Below the pieces are notes generated by a model. The model was not told the DNA's origin. It ran no database searches and saw only the letters and a program-made list of their open reading frames with translations. DNA of 46,351 bases, counting the filler, from Catajapyx aquilonaris (lineage: Eukaryota), in NCBI GenBank assembly GCA_000934665.2. It is 2 parts of 2 records of this genome, joined end to end, with 100 filler letters (N's around TTAATTAATTAA, not from the genome) between each part and the next. Parts side by side here need not be neighbours in the genome. Positions count along the whole stretch, not along the records: positions 1 to 23,128 come from KZ539412.1; 1 more part is not named here. The stretch is one strand, 5' to 3'. Shown piece after piece: positions 1 to 13,100 of this stretch (positions within the stretch are counted from its first letter, which is position 1; each line of letters opens with the position of its first letter). The translations under genes and the position numbers were made by a program.

Positions 1-1020
1 CAAACATTTGCCGGCGTTTTACAACCATTACTATATAGACCAGTTTAAATTGAGCTTTCGGACAGAGCATTGTATATGAATAAGCTGTGACTAACCGGTA
101 CATACTGTCACAGTTCCGCTCAGTGATCGTCAAAAAAAAAAAAAAGGCGAGGACAAAACAGTTTTGTCGCCACATTTACAGTAAGACACCGCATTTATAA
201 GCTCGGTAGTTAACAACCTACAGTCCCTACAAAGCACGCTGAATCCTAGATCGATCCCGGGTAGAAATGAGGATTTTGCAAGTACAGACAAGTGAGGGAT
301 TTCTCCAGATTCTCCTGCATCCAACAAGGCTTGTGTGTCAAAGTGGAGGAATTACAAAAGACAAAACAACCTTCAGCTACAAGCAGAATTCACCTATATA
401 CAATCAGAGGATCAATATGTGCTTCTATATGTGCTGTATTCAAATCTCAACAATGCACCCTTGTGAAAATCAGCAGAACCATTCTTCTATTAGCCAGCAA
501 AATTTATTTGACATGCCCGTTATCCTGGTCATCCCAATATGTCGCCATTTCACAGATTAAACTCGACTGCCGTCTACCAATTACACGCATCCTGCCAACG
601 GGTCCATCCGCCTAAAACAATCAACCATATCCGAATCCCTTCAAAAAACGTGATAGAGCCCGAGGTGCTGATTACGGTTTTACCAGTGTAGGAAAATCGC
701 AAGACTTTGGTGCGACTGCGCTAAAGTCATCAGTCCGCGACCAACCCAAGCACATGTGTCCCTCCCCGCCTTCGCCCCCAGTATTGCACCGACCCCAGCC
801 GCACATGCACCTGCTCAATGGTCCGCATGTATGGGAGCTGTGCTGAGCCTCCAGTCCGGCTCACGGAACCGGAGGAAGCCCAGGGGCGGCCCCGGTGGTG
901 ACCGTCGCACCGGTGCGTTCGGATCCCTCAGGAGCACAGGGCTCGTCTTTAAGATGAACCCGCTGGGTTCGTCCCAGCCTTCTCGGGGTGGAAACAACTC
1001 GTGGGTATGAGCTTCTGGAC

Positions 1021-1236
1021 ATGTTCTTCTTCTGGAAGAGGGCTTTCCGGGTGGTGCAGTGCAGGAGGAGGCCTTCCTTCCTGGTTGGTCTCCTGCTGGT
1101 TCTGTCCGCCTGCTTGACCATCAGCACCATCGTCACTATGGGATCCGAAGGGGGGACGTGTTTCGCAGGGTGTATTGTCACCACAACGCCTTATGTTACC
1201 ACCGAGGCTTCAACACCTACGCCGGCAGAAATGGAG
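1021..1236 (+). CDS. CHST11: Carbohydrate sulfotransferase 11-like, probable first coding exon (cytoplasmic tail, transmembrane anchor, Thr/Pro-rich stem)
   Basis: ATG at 1021 gives MFFFWKRAFRVVQCRRRPSFLVGLLLVLSACLTISTIVTMG...TTTPYVTTEASTPTPAEME: basic residues then a hydrophobic segment, typical of Golgi type II proteins. Strong donor GAG|GTGAGT at 1236/1237, phase 0, compatible with the exon at 20720. Linkage to that exon is inferred; the symbol is a family-level label only. Confidence 0.65.
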
Positions 1237-4165
1237 GTGAGTCCAACGAATGTCATGAATAAATCTTCATTGGGATTTATGACACCCCTTGTGCCGGCAA
1301 GCAAGAGCGGTACCAGAAATCAATGGCGGGAGGCCGACGAGTGAGATGTAATATGGCACACTTGATTCGCACTGTACAGGGTGTTGCGTAATGTTTAAGA
1401 AGTGTCTGAAGGCAGTACTGCCGTCCCCAGGAGAAACACCATATCTACAAAACTAGTAAGGGTGAAAGTCGCATATGCATGCCCTGTACTAATCCCCACT
1501 GAATCAGATCGGATTAGTGCAGTGCATACACGCGACCTTCACCCTTACTATGCTACAAGTAGTTTTGTAGATATGGTGTTTCTCCTTGGGACGGCAAATT
1601 GCAAAATTTTCTGTTTTTGCTGCAGTTCACACCCGAATATATTACACTTGCTCTGGCCATGCCATGCAAGAACATTTTAAATGTACAAAACCAGCCGGAA
1701 AAAATTGTTTTGAGCGGCTGACACGTGCTACACGTGACAGCATATTGGACAGAAACAACCTGACGGCCACACTACTTTTGTTCTCCCATCGGAAAAAAAT
1801 CCTGCATTGTATATGACACGTCATACATCAATAATGAGACGCCATCCCAACTTCAAAGTTTTGATAACTTGACATCGAATAACATCGAATACCCCCCCAA
1901 AAAAAGTTTGAAGCATCTCTTAGAATTGACACGTCCGAGTCTAGACAGTCTGGAAATGGCTTCTGGAGAGCCTTAAGTTGCAATAAGAAAGAGAGAAAAA
2001 AAAATCCGATAAAATTCATCTCCCTCTTTCCAACCCTTCCGATTCGATAAACGTCACCTCAAACGACATCACATTTTTGTCAACCATGTCCCTTATTAAT
2101 TAATCCAAACCCCCCTAACTTTTGGGTCGGGTTTATACACAGGTGGTTTTCCCTCCGGTCCATAAACAAAATTCCTGATAACAATCTAGTCTCCCTGTCG
2201 ACGTATCGACACCAAGGGACCACCGACATGAAACGAAGTGCGTCTGCTCCTGGGAACATTTCGAACCAACCTCCGGGGGGCATTGGCTGTTCAGACACTT
2301 CATCGTCTCCTGCGGGCTGCAGGGTACACCAAAGGCAATTATACGCCGGAATTGTATCTGTTCAGGCTGAGGTTACGATACAATTTGCACTCCGTTAAGC
2401 CTCACCATTCTCTACAGAAGTACAGTAAAAAAAAAAAAGTACCAGTACTAGAGGAGCAAAAAGTGTGCCGACAACTTATTGCGGAACCCTCATCGTACTG
2501 GGCAGTAGCCCGTGAATACGCTGTTTTGTTTGAAATTGCTCTCGGCATTTGTTCGGCGTTCAACATTTACCTGCACGGACGTGGATAGAATAGTTGTATA
2601 TAAAAAACCGGCGAAAATCGGAAGGAGGATTGTATACAATAGCGGCCTTGACCCGCAAGGTATGAGCATTCACCACATTGCCATATATTATCTGCAATTA
2701 CCTTTGTATACCCCGGTGTTTACAGTGGCTTTGGGAGAGGCTGGGGCAGAATTTGAATGCATGTCCCCTGGAGGGTTCAAAATGTCATTTTACCCCGGTA
2801 GAACGAGCAAAAAAACAATATGGAACTTCTTAATAGTGCATAATAGCCAGGGGGGAGAAAAAAAATCACTGAAAAATGAGATATCGCAAAAAGCTGCCTG
2901 GAGCTGACATCAGAAAAACATGCCAGTCACATAAAGCAAACTCTTCTCAAGTTGCAAAACTGCTGTAAAAAGTTTCTTCAAAAATATCCATTGGTCCATA
3001 CAAAATTTTAATTCAAATACAATCGCTGATCTCATATCGAAAATGTCATTTAAATTTTTTGCTATTTCTAACCTATTGACTATACCTAAGGGAAGTTCGC
3101 CAAACTTTCGCGAATTGACACATCAAAAAAATGCATTTAAAAACGTGTTAAACGCAGCCCGAATTCACAATCGCAGCAGCAGGTACTGATTACTTGATTT
3201 GAATCCAGCTTTTTTGTTCACATTTTCTGAAGCCCCAAAAAGAGCGGCATTCCTATAGCCTACGATTTTACGGTCCGATTCCAGGCAAATAGAGCGGGAC
3301 GAAAATTACCCGCTCGGGATGCCTGATTGAAGTACAACTCGCTGAAAGACAGGCAAGCAATAAGTCTATAGACTCCTATCGCTTCCTATAGACTCTGCTG
3401 AACCGCCATTCCCCAGTTCCTCTTTTCACTAGGGACAAGACCCGAGCTCTCCAAATGTCCTTTTGTCTCCTGTGCATGTCGAGATGGAAATCGGGTGTGG
3501 TAGCGGTATTGGTCTGGGAGGGGGGGAAAAAATACTCGTAGCTTCCTGTCTTTGTCTCCATTCCAATGGAAGTCCATGCCGAAATTAATTTTTGCCATAC
3601 CGACAAAATACAGCTTCAGGCCAGGGCTTGCGGTGAAACGATACGGCATTTTTTTTGGTGTGTGTGTGTATATATATGTGACGCTTACAAAAGCGATATG
3701 AGTGTAGAGAGAGGGACGTTGACTTGTCAGCAGTCATTTCCACTTGCCCCGAAGTGCAAGAGTTTGACGGGCTGCAAACGTGACAGAAGAATGATGGCTC
3801 GATAAACAGTATGAAAATGGCGGTGTCACAACGCCTCTAACGTCAGTCATTCGCAGGTAGTCGAAAATCTGGCCCCCCATATTGATGAGCCCGATTTAAT
3901 AAAAAAAGTTTGGATAATGCTGCCAGTATTTATTTAGCATCAGTTAGTAATTACTTTAAAACTGTGCAGCAAAAAAAAGCACTTCAAAATCAGACATGAC
4001 AGCATATTTCGTGTGTATCCAGTATTAGTTTTGAAAGCAGCCTAGGTGTAATTACACGCATTATTTCGATGGGTACACCGCAATAACTAATGGATTCTAA
4101 GCCTGCAGGCTCTAAGGTTAATGCATAAACCCACACGCAATTAACATAAATGCTCTCTGATGCTG

Positions 4166-4170
4166 TTATT

Positions 4171-4204
<34 letters not shown>

Positions 4205-4218
4205 TTTATTATTATTAT
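4166..4218. repeat. (TTA)/(TTTA)n microsatellite
   Basis: Directly visible simple repeat. Confidence 0.85.
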
Positions 4219-5887
4219 GACACCTCTCATAATGTGGCAGCTGATTAAATAAACATCAACAAAAACGAGTCCACTTGACACGAAGGAAGTCGTCCCACAG
4301 CTGACCTCATATTCCCACATATAAACTTTATTCGTGAGGCCTTGGAAGGTTCCACATGAAACATTCACGCCTCCGATACTGCCTGGTGTTGCTTCGAATT
4401 TAGCCTCGGCGCACTGGAAGCGCGACACGACACTGCGAATAACACGAATAACACTTATTTTTTTTTTTTTACTAAACTCTTCCCTGGGAGCTAGGGAACA
4501 GAACTGGGTCAAAATCGCGTTAGATTCTCACCTCTCTTTGAAATGAATGCAATATGCAGTCGCGAAACATGGCCCCGTTGACTTCCGCATCCTCCCTTTC
4601 ATTTTGCAAATTTTTTTTCCGGATTCTTTTTTTTTTTGTATAATGGTCAAGGACTGCGTCGGAGTCTGAGCTTTCCACCAGCATAAAAACTGTTAATAAT
4701 TCAGGTCGAAATGACGCGTAGCACACCCGATTTGCATAAGTATGTCGTTACACAAAAATTTACTACGACGCCGCCCCGGAGTATTCATATGAAATTCATA
4801 CAAAATGAAGTGGCGCTCCATATATTTTTTTTTTCCTTCGTTCTCTCACGAAGCGAATCCTGCTGATAAGTTCTGCTTTTCAAAAATAATAAAAAAAATC
4901 CGACGAATCAAACTAAAGTGGGACATAATTTTCGCAAAAAAAAATGCATTATCGCGGTATTTTGGACATTTCACTTATCTGATCACTGAAAATGGCAACA
5001 TTTTTTGTTGTCATATTATACCCTGCATGGCATTTTTTTAAATGTGCAAACAGTTGAAAAACTAATTTCCCTGCATTGTTAAAGGAAAACCCACAAACGT
5101 CTACAAAGTAAAATTTTTTGCAACAATGTTTACTCCTTAAGGTGGCCATATTCCAGATCCCTCCTTTCTTTTGAGCAATTTTCGGTGCAATTTGCATAAA
5201 ATTACACCAAAGCTTATCTTAATATTGAACCAACTCTACGGGCTACATTCATTCTTCCAAGGTTGATTTTAGTTGAAAATGACTTCACATTTATGATCAG
5301 TAGTAATCACTCAAAATCAACCCGACAAATTGCGCCCACTTTTCAAGTTGAGCTATCTCATTAGTGTGATTTAATATCTCCGATTTGTACTCCCTTAACC
5401 AGCAATTACTGTGCACCGCCATATGCTTCCATCTTGAAAGTACTCAAGTACTGGGTACTTCCAATGCCAGCTTATGAAACACCCCCCCCNAAAAAAAAAA
5501 AGAGTACCAAATCGATACTCGCGCCTAATTCCCAACCGCCGCGTCTCCAGATCACGCAGATATGAATAATAAGCACCGTTCCAAAACATGACTACATTTT
5601 CTAGAAAACTACTCGATAGATCCCCCAGTTTTTCAGAGAGGAAAACGGACCGGCCAAGAGCGCGACAAAAAAAATAATAATGAGCAATTTGAAAAGCAAA
5701 CATGTTGCCGCCGCAAGATAAGAGCGTCGGCACGGAATGTCATCAAACGGAGGGAGAGATGCTGAGGAACGTTGGGAGGAGGCGTCGGTGGGCGTCGGAA
5801 TGAGGAATAGAGGTAGAAGTACATCTCCATGCCGAATCAATTCGGGCGCCTCACTAAAATGGCGAGGAAAATACTAAAATCTCATCT

Positions 5888-5976
5888 GGACAGAGCATTA
5901 AATGCTTGCGCATGCGGACAGCGCATTAAACGTTCGCGCATGCCGACAGCGCATTAAACTCTCTCGCACGCGGACA
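5888..5976. repeat. 28-bp tandem repeat, about 3.2 copies
   Basis: ggacagagcattaaatgcttgcgcatgc / ggacagcgcattaaacgttcgcgcatgc / cgacagcgcattaaactctctcgcacgc / ggaca. Confidence 0.85.
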
Positions 5977-8900
5977 TACCATTTTGTATGCAAATTTTTC
6001 TAGCAATACTCAGCTCAACTGTGAACATACTCGCTGTAATGACCCAGCCGCACCAGACTTTAATGAAACCCGGAAAAAAACCCGGTATAATCACAGCATA
6101 AGCTAGGTCAGCTCTTTAAGAAAATTGAGTTCAAAAATGGCATCTCCCCCCCTAAAAAACGTGCGGTAATACGACCCTACGCGCCGCACACGTGCTTTAC
6201 GACGAGTAGTTAATGAAACAACCTCCCTGTACGTTTAGAGGGGGGGTTTATTAATTATACGCACCCCCCCCCCCCATACCCCCATGCCTCTCCCCAGTCG
6301 TTGTCGTCGCATTACTTTCATATACGCCATATCCCACCCGATTTCACTGCCGCGAGCTGTTACAGGTTACGTGCTACGTCTTAATTGTTAACGTACACCA
6401 CCAGCAAAACCCATAAAACCCTCAGCCATTTTAATCACTCATCAAATATACAGCCTCTGATTATAGGAAATGAAATAATTTTCCCACACATAACCGCACC
6501 TGTTCACATCTAACTGGTGCTTAGTCCCGCTGATCAGACATTAAAAAACGAGTGAAAACCATAAGGTGTGTACAAAAAAAAAAGGGGGGGGGGGGAAGTC
6601 AGTCCTGTTGACCCCCCTGGTGGCCCAAGAGCTCGTAAAGTCCACTCTGGCCTGTAATGTACACTGGTCCCAGCTCGGAGATTCCGTGCTGTAGCCGTCT
6701 ATCAGATGCTTATTTAATGTCTGGGCGGTGCTTCCGACACTGGACATAAGGCCCCGAAAGGCAAGGGAAATGTCCTCGGGCAGGGATTAATTATACCCAG
6801 GGTTTTACCTTCGTACGTCCCACCCCACCTCCCACTGTATGTTCAACCACTGTGCATGACTATTTTATGTCATCGGAAGCATTATTGGATGGACTTGGGC
6901 CGGTTGGAATGCGTAGAAAGTGAGCTATATAGAATTTTTTTGACAGGTTTTTGGACCTGCAGGATTTTGTGGAGGAAAAAAATTTGTGGCTTCCATTGTT
7001 AGAACCGATTCTGGCCTGCTGGGTTGGGTCTTTCGAAGGACTAATACAAAAGAGGGCAGAGCTAATGTTCCGTACAAATCTTTTATTAGTATGTGAGCCT
7101 AGAGTGATATATTAACTGGATCATAATTCTTCTGGCTATAGCCACTGCAGTAAAATGTGAGTTAACACGACATAAATCGCTATAACAATACAGCACTGTA
7201 GTGAACTACAGGGGTCGAAATATTCGGATGCAAAGGTGCAATTTGCAGTCCAGTTTTTAAATGTGGCTAAACTCAGTAATTAAAAATTAAGCACTCCAAG
7301 TATAGTAAGTAATCTGCACTATTGATGCAAACATTGCATGTGGGCAAAAAAAATAAATTAAGATTCGACCCCTGGAACTATAGAAACACATTTTAGATTT
7401 TTTAATGCAATATTTCTGTCTAATTTTCTTTAATAATGTAAACCGTAAAATCGCGGACTGTATATGAAAAAAAGTCACGTCATTCAGAACAGTTTCGCTA
7501 TTTCTGCTCGAAACACCCTCCAGCAAATTCATATACACTGAGCGCATTCTGTACATTACAGTTGCTACAAATTGTATATGATAATGCCATGCAGATACCG
7601 CAACAGTAATAGCAGTCTATTAACAGGTAAATACCGTAATGTAATTTTCAGTCAGTAGGAGCTTTTGAGTTATTTTTTCCCCCCATAAAAGTGCACTTAC
7701 TGCTCTCACTATTGCTCTTCCCAGTAAAATGTCACATCATACGATGGTCCAACTAATTTAAGCACGGGGGGAGTTCAAAAGCATAGATTTGAAAGGACGA
7801 AAAATTCCGGAAAAATTCCATGCTTCACTTTCATGAAGCCATTGAACTTCCACCCCACCATCCTCTCATTCTCACTTTGAGTTTTACGCTCCGTGCCTGT
7901 ACTACATAAAGCTCTCCAGCTGGTGCTACACTTTAATATAAAATGGGATGAAAAGTACGGCAGCATTCCTGGTGCACACCCTAATTACGCAGGTAAACCG
8001 CATTCCATACACCTGCTTCTATCATAGGAATTTTCAGTAACCCTTGAACCTACGTCTTTAAATTCCCAGCAATATTCACTTTTTTAATTAAATTTAAATT
8101 TTTGAAAAAACTGGAAATGTCATTAACCGAAGTCATACTACCTCGTAATCATGCTAACTCAACCATGCATGTTTACGTACGCGGCTCAGCTTTGATTCTC
8201 ACTTGCTCATAAGTATGCAAATAAATTGTGAGAATGCGCGGGAAATCTCGCCGCGGCTGCACGTGCTACTTTTTGTTTTTTTACGATTTATGCCCCAGTT
8301 ACCATAAAGAGGGTCGCACACTATATCCCACCACCTTCAACTCAGGTACATTAAAATACCTACAGTCTGTAATAATATGTAGACAGTACATGCCAAAAGC
8401 GACTATTAGGGCAACAAAATGTGTATTTTAATTTTGATCCCCCAAAATGCTAATTTTCGCCGATATGACCAATTATAACCTGTAATTAACCGACGTGAAC
8501 CATTTCCACCTGCCCATTACAAAACTAATTCCATTACTTATTCCTCGGGAGCAACAGAGCGCAAATATTTGATCAGCGGGAAAACAGCAGCATGCGCATT
8601 GGCCCAGCCGACTGTTTCCATATAAAAAAATCAAGCAAACAAGGCAGCCACCGGGGATGCTCGTAAAATAAGCCGTTTTGCTAAGAAATGGGTGGCAATG
8701 CAGAAGAGCCGACCCCCCCCCCCCCCCNCCCCCCCCCCCCTCCAAACGAAACTGGCGTGAAGGGGGTCCTAAAAAAACATACTAAGAAGGCAGAGAAAAA
8801 AATCGGGCATTCTTTGACCTGCTGAACTTTTCATCGCCCCCTGTCGTCGATATCCGGGCGTTTCCCAAGTCTCCAAATGTATCTAGATGACCCTAGCTCT

Positions 8901-9978
8901 AAGAGGCTCCTCTTCGTAGAAACAGGAAATATTCCACGCTATAAGCATAACTCGTGCTTGCTTCAAGGTTTCCCCCCCAAAAAAGGAACCACCCCAAACC
9001 CTACAAAAAAAAAATCAAGAGGCTAGAGCTCTAGGAAAATACAACTTCCAACGTTGCTATAAAGCCTCTTCCTTTTTCCCCGGGCGAATTTGGAAGCCTA
9101 AAATCTGCAAGAGCCCGTCATTACACCCTAGCCCCTTTTCCCCCAACTGAAGTGAACTACAATGTCGATGGTGCAATCCGATTAAGAAACCTGAGAAAGT
9201 ATGCAGTTGCCATTGCCTGCTACTTAAGTTCCCTCTCTTTTGTGCCGGCCGTCTTACATATAATGGCCGTCAGTTAAAGTAAGCCGCTTTTTTAAAAGCA
9301 TTGTTGAGACAAAGGGGATGGGCACTAGTACCGAGGGGATCCGGACTTTTCGCCCCGGCCGTTTCGCCCCCTGGATTTTTCGCCCCCGATACATTGGCCC
9401 CCGTGACCGTAATCAGAGTACCGCTTTACATATTAGCTCAAAAAGGCCATGAATCAATGTCACTGGTTCATAGATGGAACTACCAGGCGAGGTCAGTTCA
9501 CATTAAGCTAGCAGGTGGCGCTAGTAGACACGACCTGCTCACCAGAAAATACTATCACTCTAAAAAATTTCGAGTATTTTTCCACTGGTTTTGATTTCTT
9601 CCAATTGATTTGAGTGAAAATCACTCGATTGAATGAGTAATCATTTCACTCACTGAAATAGTAGTCTCTCACGTATTTTCACTATTCTTTCGAGTAATAT
9701 CCAACTCGATTTGAGTTAAAGCAAATATTTACCGAGGGAAATTCACTGAAAAATAGCATTTCGCGAAATTGCTCCTTTGAAATTATTATAGAGAGATTTT
9801 TAGAGAGAAATTTAAACTTAAAAGCTTTCTAGCTCCTTTGGGATTGGTTTCCGACCATGGGTGTCCAATCTCAAATTGCTTCTTTAGGCAGCCCCTACAC
9901 ACCCTGGAAGTCTGTCCCCGAATTACAGGAAACACCCTGTAGAATGCAATTATTTGAGCTCCTTTAACCCAGATATGC

Positions 9979-10159
9979 CTGAATTATATTTTTAAATATA
10001 TTTAAAAATATAATTCAGATTTTACCCAGATATGCTTGTACAGTTATATTTTGAGTCATTATATTAGTTATTAATTTATTTATTAGAAGGAAATAATATT
10101 TCTTCTTATGAAATATAATGACTAAAGATATAACTATACAAGCACATCTTGGTAAAATC
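9979..10159. repeat. Perfect 40-bp AT-rich palindrome followed by an inverted repeat with ~48-bp arms
   Basis: 9979-10018 ctgaattatatttttaaatatatttaaaaatataattcag is self-complementary. 10018-10065 pairs with 10112-10159 with a few mismatches. Confidence 0.85.
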
Positions 10160-13100
10160 CTTGGGCAAGTTAATATTCAGAGCAACAGATGACTTTAGTT
10201 CAAATGTCGCCATCTTTACTCGGATATAAATTTTCACCTACCTCATCCCAAAAAAAACCTGGCAAATCTTTTCCCTGCCATTCCCAATCTCTTCCCTCCG
10301 ATAACACTACAGCATTTCGTTTGGTTCAACTCCAGCTAATATTCAATATCCCTTCCTCGTTTCCGTCTCCACCATCTTTTTCCTGGGCTCACCCCCCATA
10401 GAATCGATCCCTTATCACCTGGTCCCGATCAGTTTTCGAAAATTTGCCTTTCGAGATACGGCCAACCCGGATCCGGCACCAGTTTTTGGAGAATCCGGGA
10501 GGTTGGTTTTAAAAAAAAAGTGGAAAGGGGGTAGGGGACACTTTCCCGTATTTTCCCGGGCATTGAAAACTCTCCCCATTTAGCCCAATCTAGGGCCCAT
10601 AAATTTGCCAAAAAACCCCCAGCATTTTCCGCGGCTGGCTTATTTGGTCAGCCCACCGTTGCCGCTGACACAGGAAATATGAACCTGCCACACCGATAGA
10701 TAATGCGTGCTCGAGATATCACCCCTGGGCCTACCGGAATTGACCCCCCAAAAAACCAACCATTACCCCCATCCCCCTAAAAAAAATGACACTACTTCCG
10801 GCACAATTTGCGGCTTCAATGATTGTATGCCCGGCCCGATGCGCATACCGATTAGGTAATACGGAGATGTATTGTAATGATATTTTTTTTACCAGCATTA
10901 CCTAGAGGCGGTGAATTGATGGTGTGTAACCGAGCATTTCAAATGGTCACGCGTGTTTTGTGCAAATCCGGAGATTCGCTGGGGGTTCAGAAGCGGAATG
11001 AAAAAAAAAAGAGAGGAACGAGGTCAGAATGTCAATTGCAGAAATGCACTGATATGGCGAAGGTCAGATCAAAGCCAAAAACGAGATGAAACAAACGTGA
11101 AAACGGTACAAAGAAGCATAGGGGCATGCTGAGGGGGAAAAAAAAACCCCCGTGCAATTATATACCACAATAAATCTGATCACCGGAAGGTTCAAAAAGT
11201 GAATTACAGTACGGTATACCGCCCTTAAAAATATGCAAATGACACTTACAAATTCAATAATTAATTACTCCCGAGTCCATTCGGCCCATTCTGCCTAAAT
11301 GTGTCTTGCCGAATTTAGGGATAAAAGAGAATACCCTCCTACATGCATCAAAGTCATCATTACTGCTAATTACTAATTTATGCCAAAAAGAAACTCCCAG
11401 CTCGTGCCTGTAGTAAAAAAATTACAGATCACGTGCCTTCCCCCCCCCCCTCTTCTCTCTATTTTTTTTACCCTCATAGAATCAATATCTAGGGGCCTCA
11501 AATAGCCGGAGAAGCTTCAAAGTCAGTCTGTACTCATTAGGATTTTAAACATCGCCTGCAAAGTAAATTATACCTCCCCCCCCCTCTACCCCGTTTATTA
11601 ATCACTTCTGACGACATTAGCAAGAAAACCAGTCTCTTGTTTCCGACTCCGTAACTTTGACGTCTGAGCTAGATGAACACGTAGGTACAAAAATATTGTC
11701 GCTTCGTGACATTTTCATATAAAAAAAATCGACCTGATCAGCCGCATTCATTATTTGATCGTATCTCGTAAGACCCCTTTTGTGTTCCTGGATAGCTCCT
11801 GGAGAAAATACGTGACACCTCCAAGGAGCTCCGAATATTGCCACGCATAAGAACGACATTAAATATTTAAATGTTTTTGTGGATGCATCACCATGGTTGC
11901 GTTTATCACGCAAGGCCATCTCATTTATCACTTTTTATGACGAGTCCACCGCACGTTTATTTTACCGCCATTAAAGTTTCGAGATGTCTCGATTAATTAT
12001 ATAAAATTGTGGGTAGTCATAACCGGCCGCTCGGGAGAAAATCATGTTAACTGCCACTCGCACCATATTGGTTGTGACGTAATTCCGATTATCTCAAGGA
12101 CATCTGGTCATTAAAACACGGGTAGTCAGTCATGATGTCAGCTAACACGCGTATAGTTTCATTACAAGTTTTTTTTAAAAATTAAGCACCGAGTACGCCC
12201 GGGTGTAATTGAATTCCAAGATACTTTTCCTCCTCCGCTTCCCCCAAAATGATATTTCCCTCTCATCAAAAAAAATATGGAAGTAATTCCCGCATCTTTC
12301 TTAACCCCCCTCTGCATAATTTCGTAGGGAGAAGTTAAGTAAATGAACTATAAATTATGTAAAGTGGCGCTCTTTTTTTTTGTGTACACAAAAAAAAAAT
12401 ATACGTGGAAGTTTCCTGGAGAAATAAGCTTATGTCAACAGCAGGTGAGTCATCAAGCTCGAATCCTCCACTTCTGCGGGGAAAGGGGGCTGTAAACGCA
12501 ATTCCCACCGGAGACGCTATGTTTCCGCTTGGATAAGACCCTAACGACGTCTCTGACCCGTAATGTCGTAAAAGGTGAGCTCGTCAAAATCCTCCGGGAG
12601 AGTCTCAGCTGTCACCATGAAAACAGATCCGAGAACCACCGAACCAAATCAATCAAGTAAACACCTTCTTTTTTTTCTTATCCCATCAATTTTTTCCACC
12701 CTATATTCTTGCTGACGGTTACCGACTCCAAAACAAGTCGTCTAAGACGCGCAACGAATCCTTCCTAACTTCTTCTTCAAAAAAAACGAAAAAACACCCT
12801 CCAAAAAAGTCTCATCTTCTCCCGTCTCTTTTTGCCAGCCTTTGCTTTCAATCTAGTAATAGCACCCAGCCCCTTTTTACCCTGGCAACCTCCCCCCCAG
12901 CTGTTACTTTCAAGGAAAGGTTTACCGGCCAAAAGCTTTCTAAGAGAAGCCTTCTCCATTAAGCAACTAGATTGATCATTACGCTAAACGGGAAGTCCCT
13001 GAGAATAACCCTTGCCGGAAGATGCAATAATTATGCCACTTGGATCGATTTCCTACTCCTTTGAAACGCGACAACCACTCTATTTCCATCTTTGGGGAAT

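Noticed and set aside
9556..9807. cactctaaaaaat ... atttttagagag possible TIR pair
   Set aside because: Short, AT-rich, imperfect and without a TSD; not enough support.
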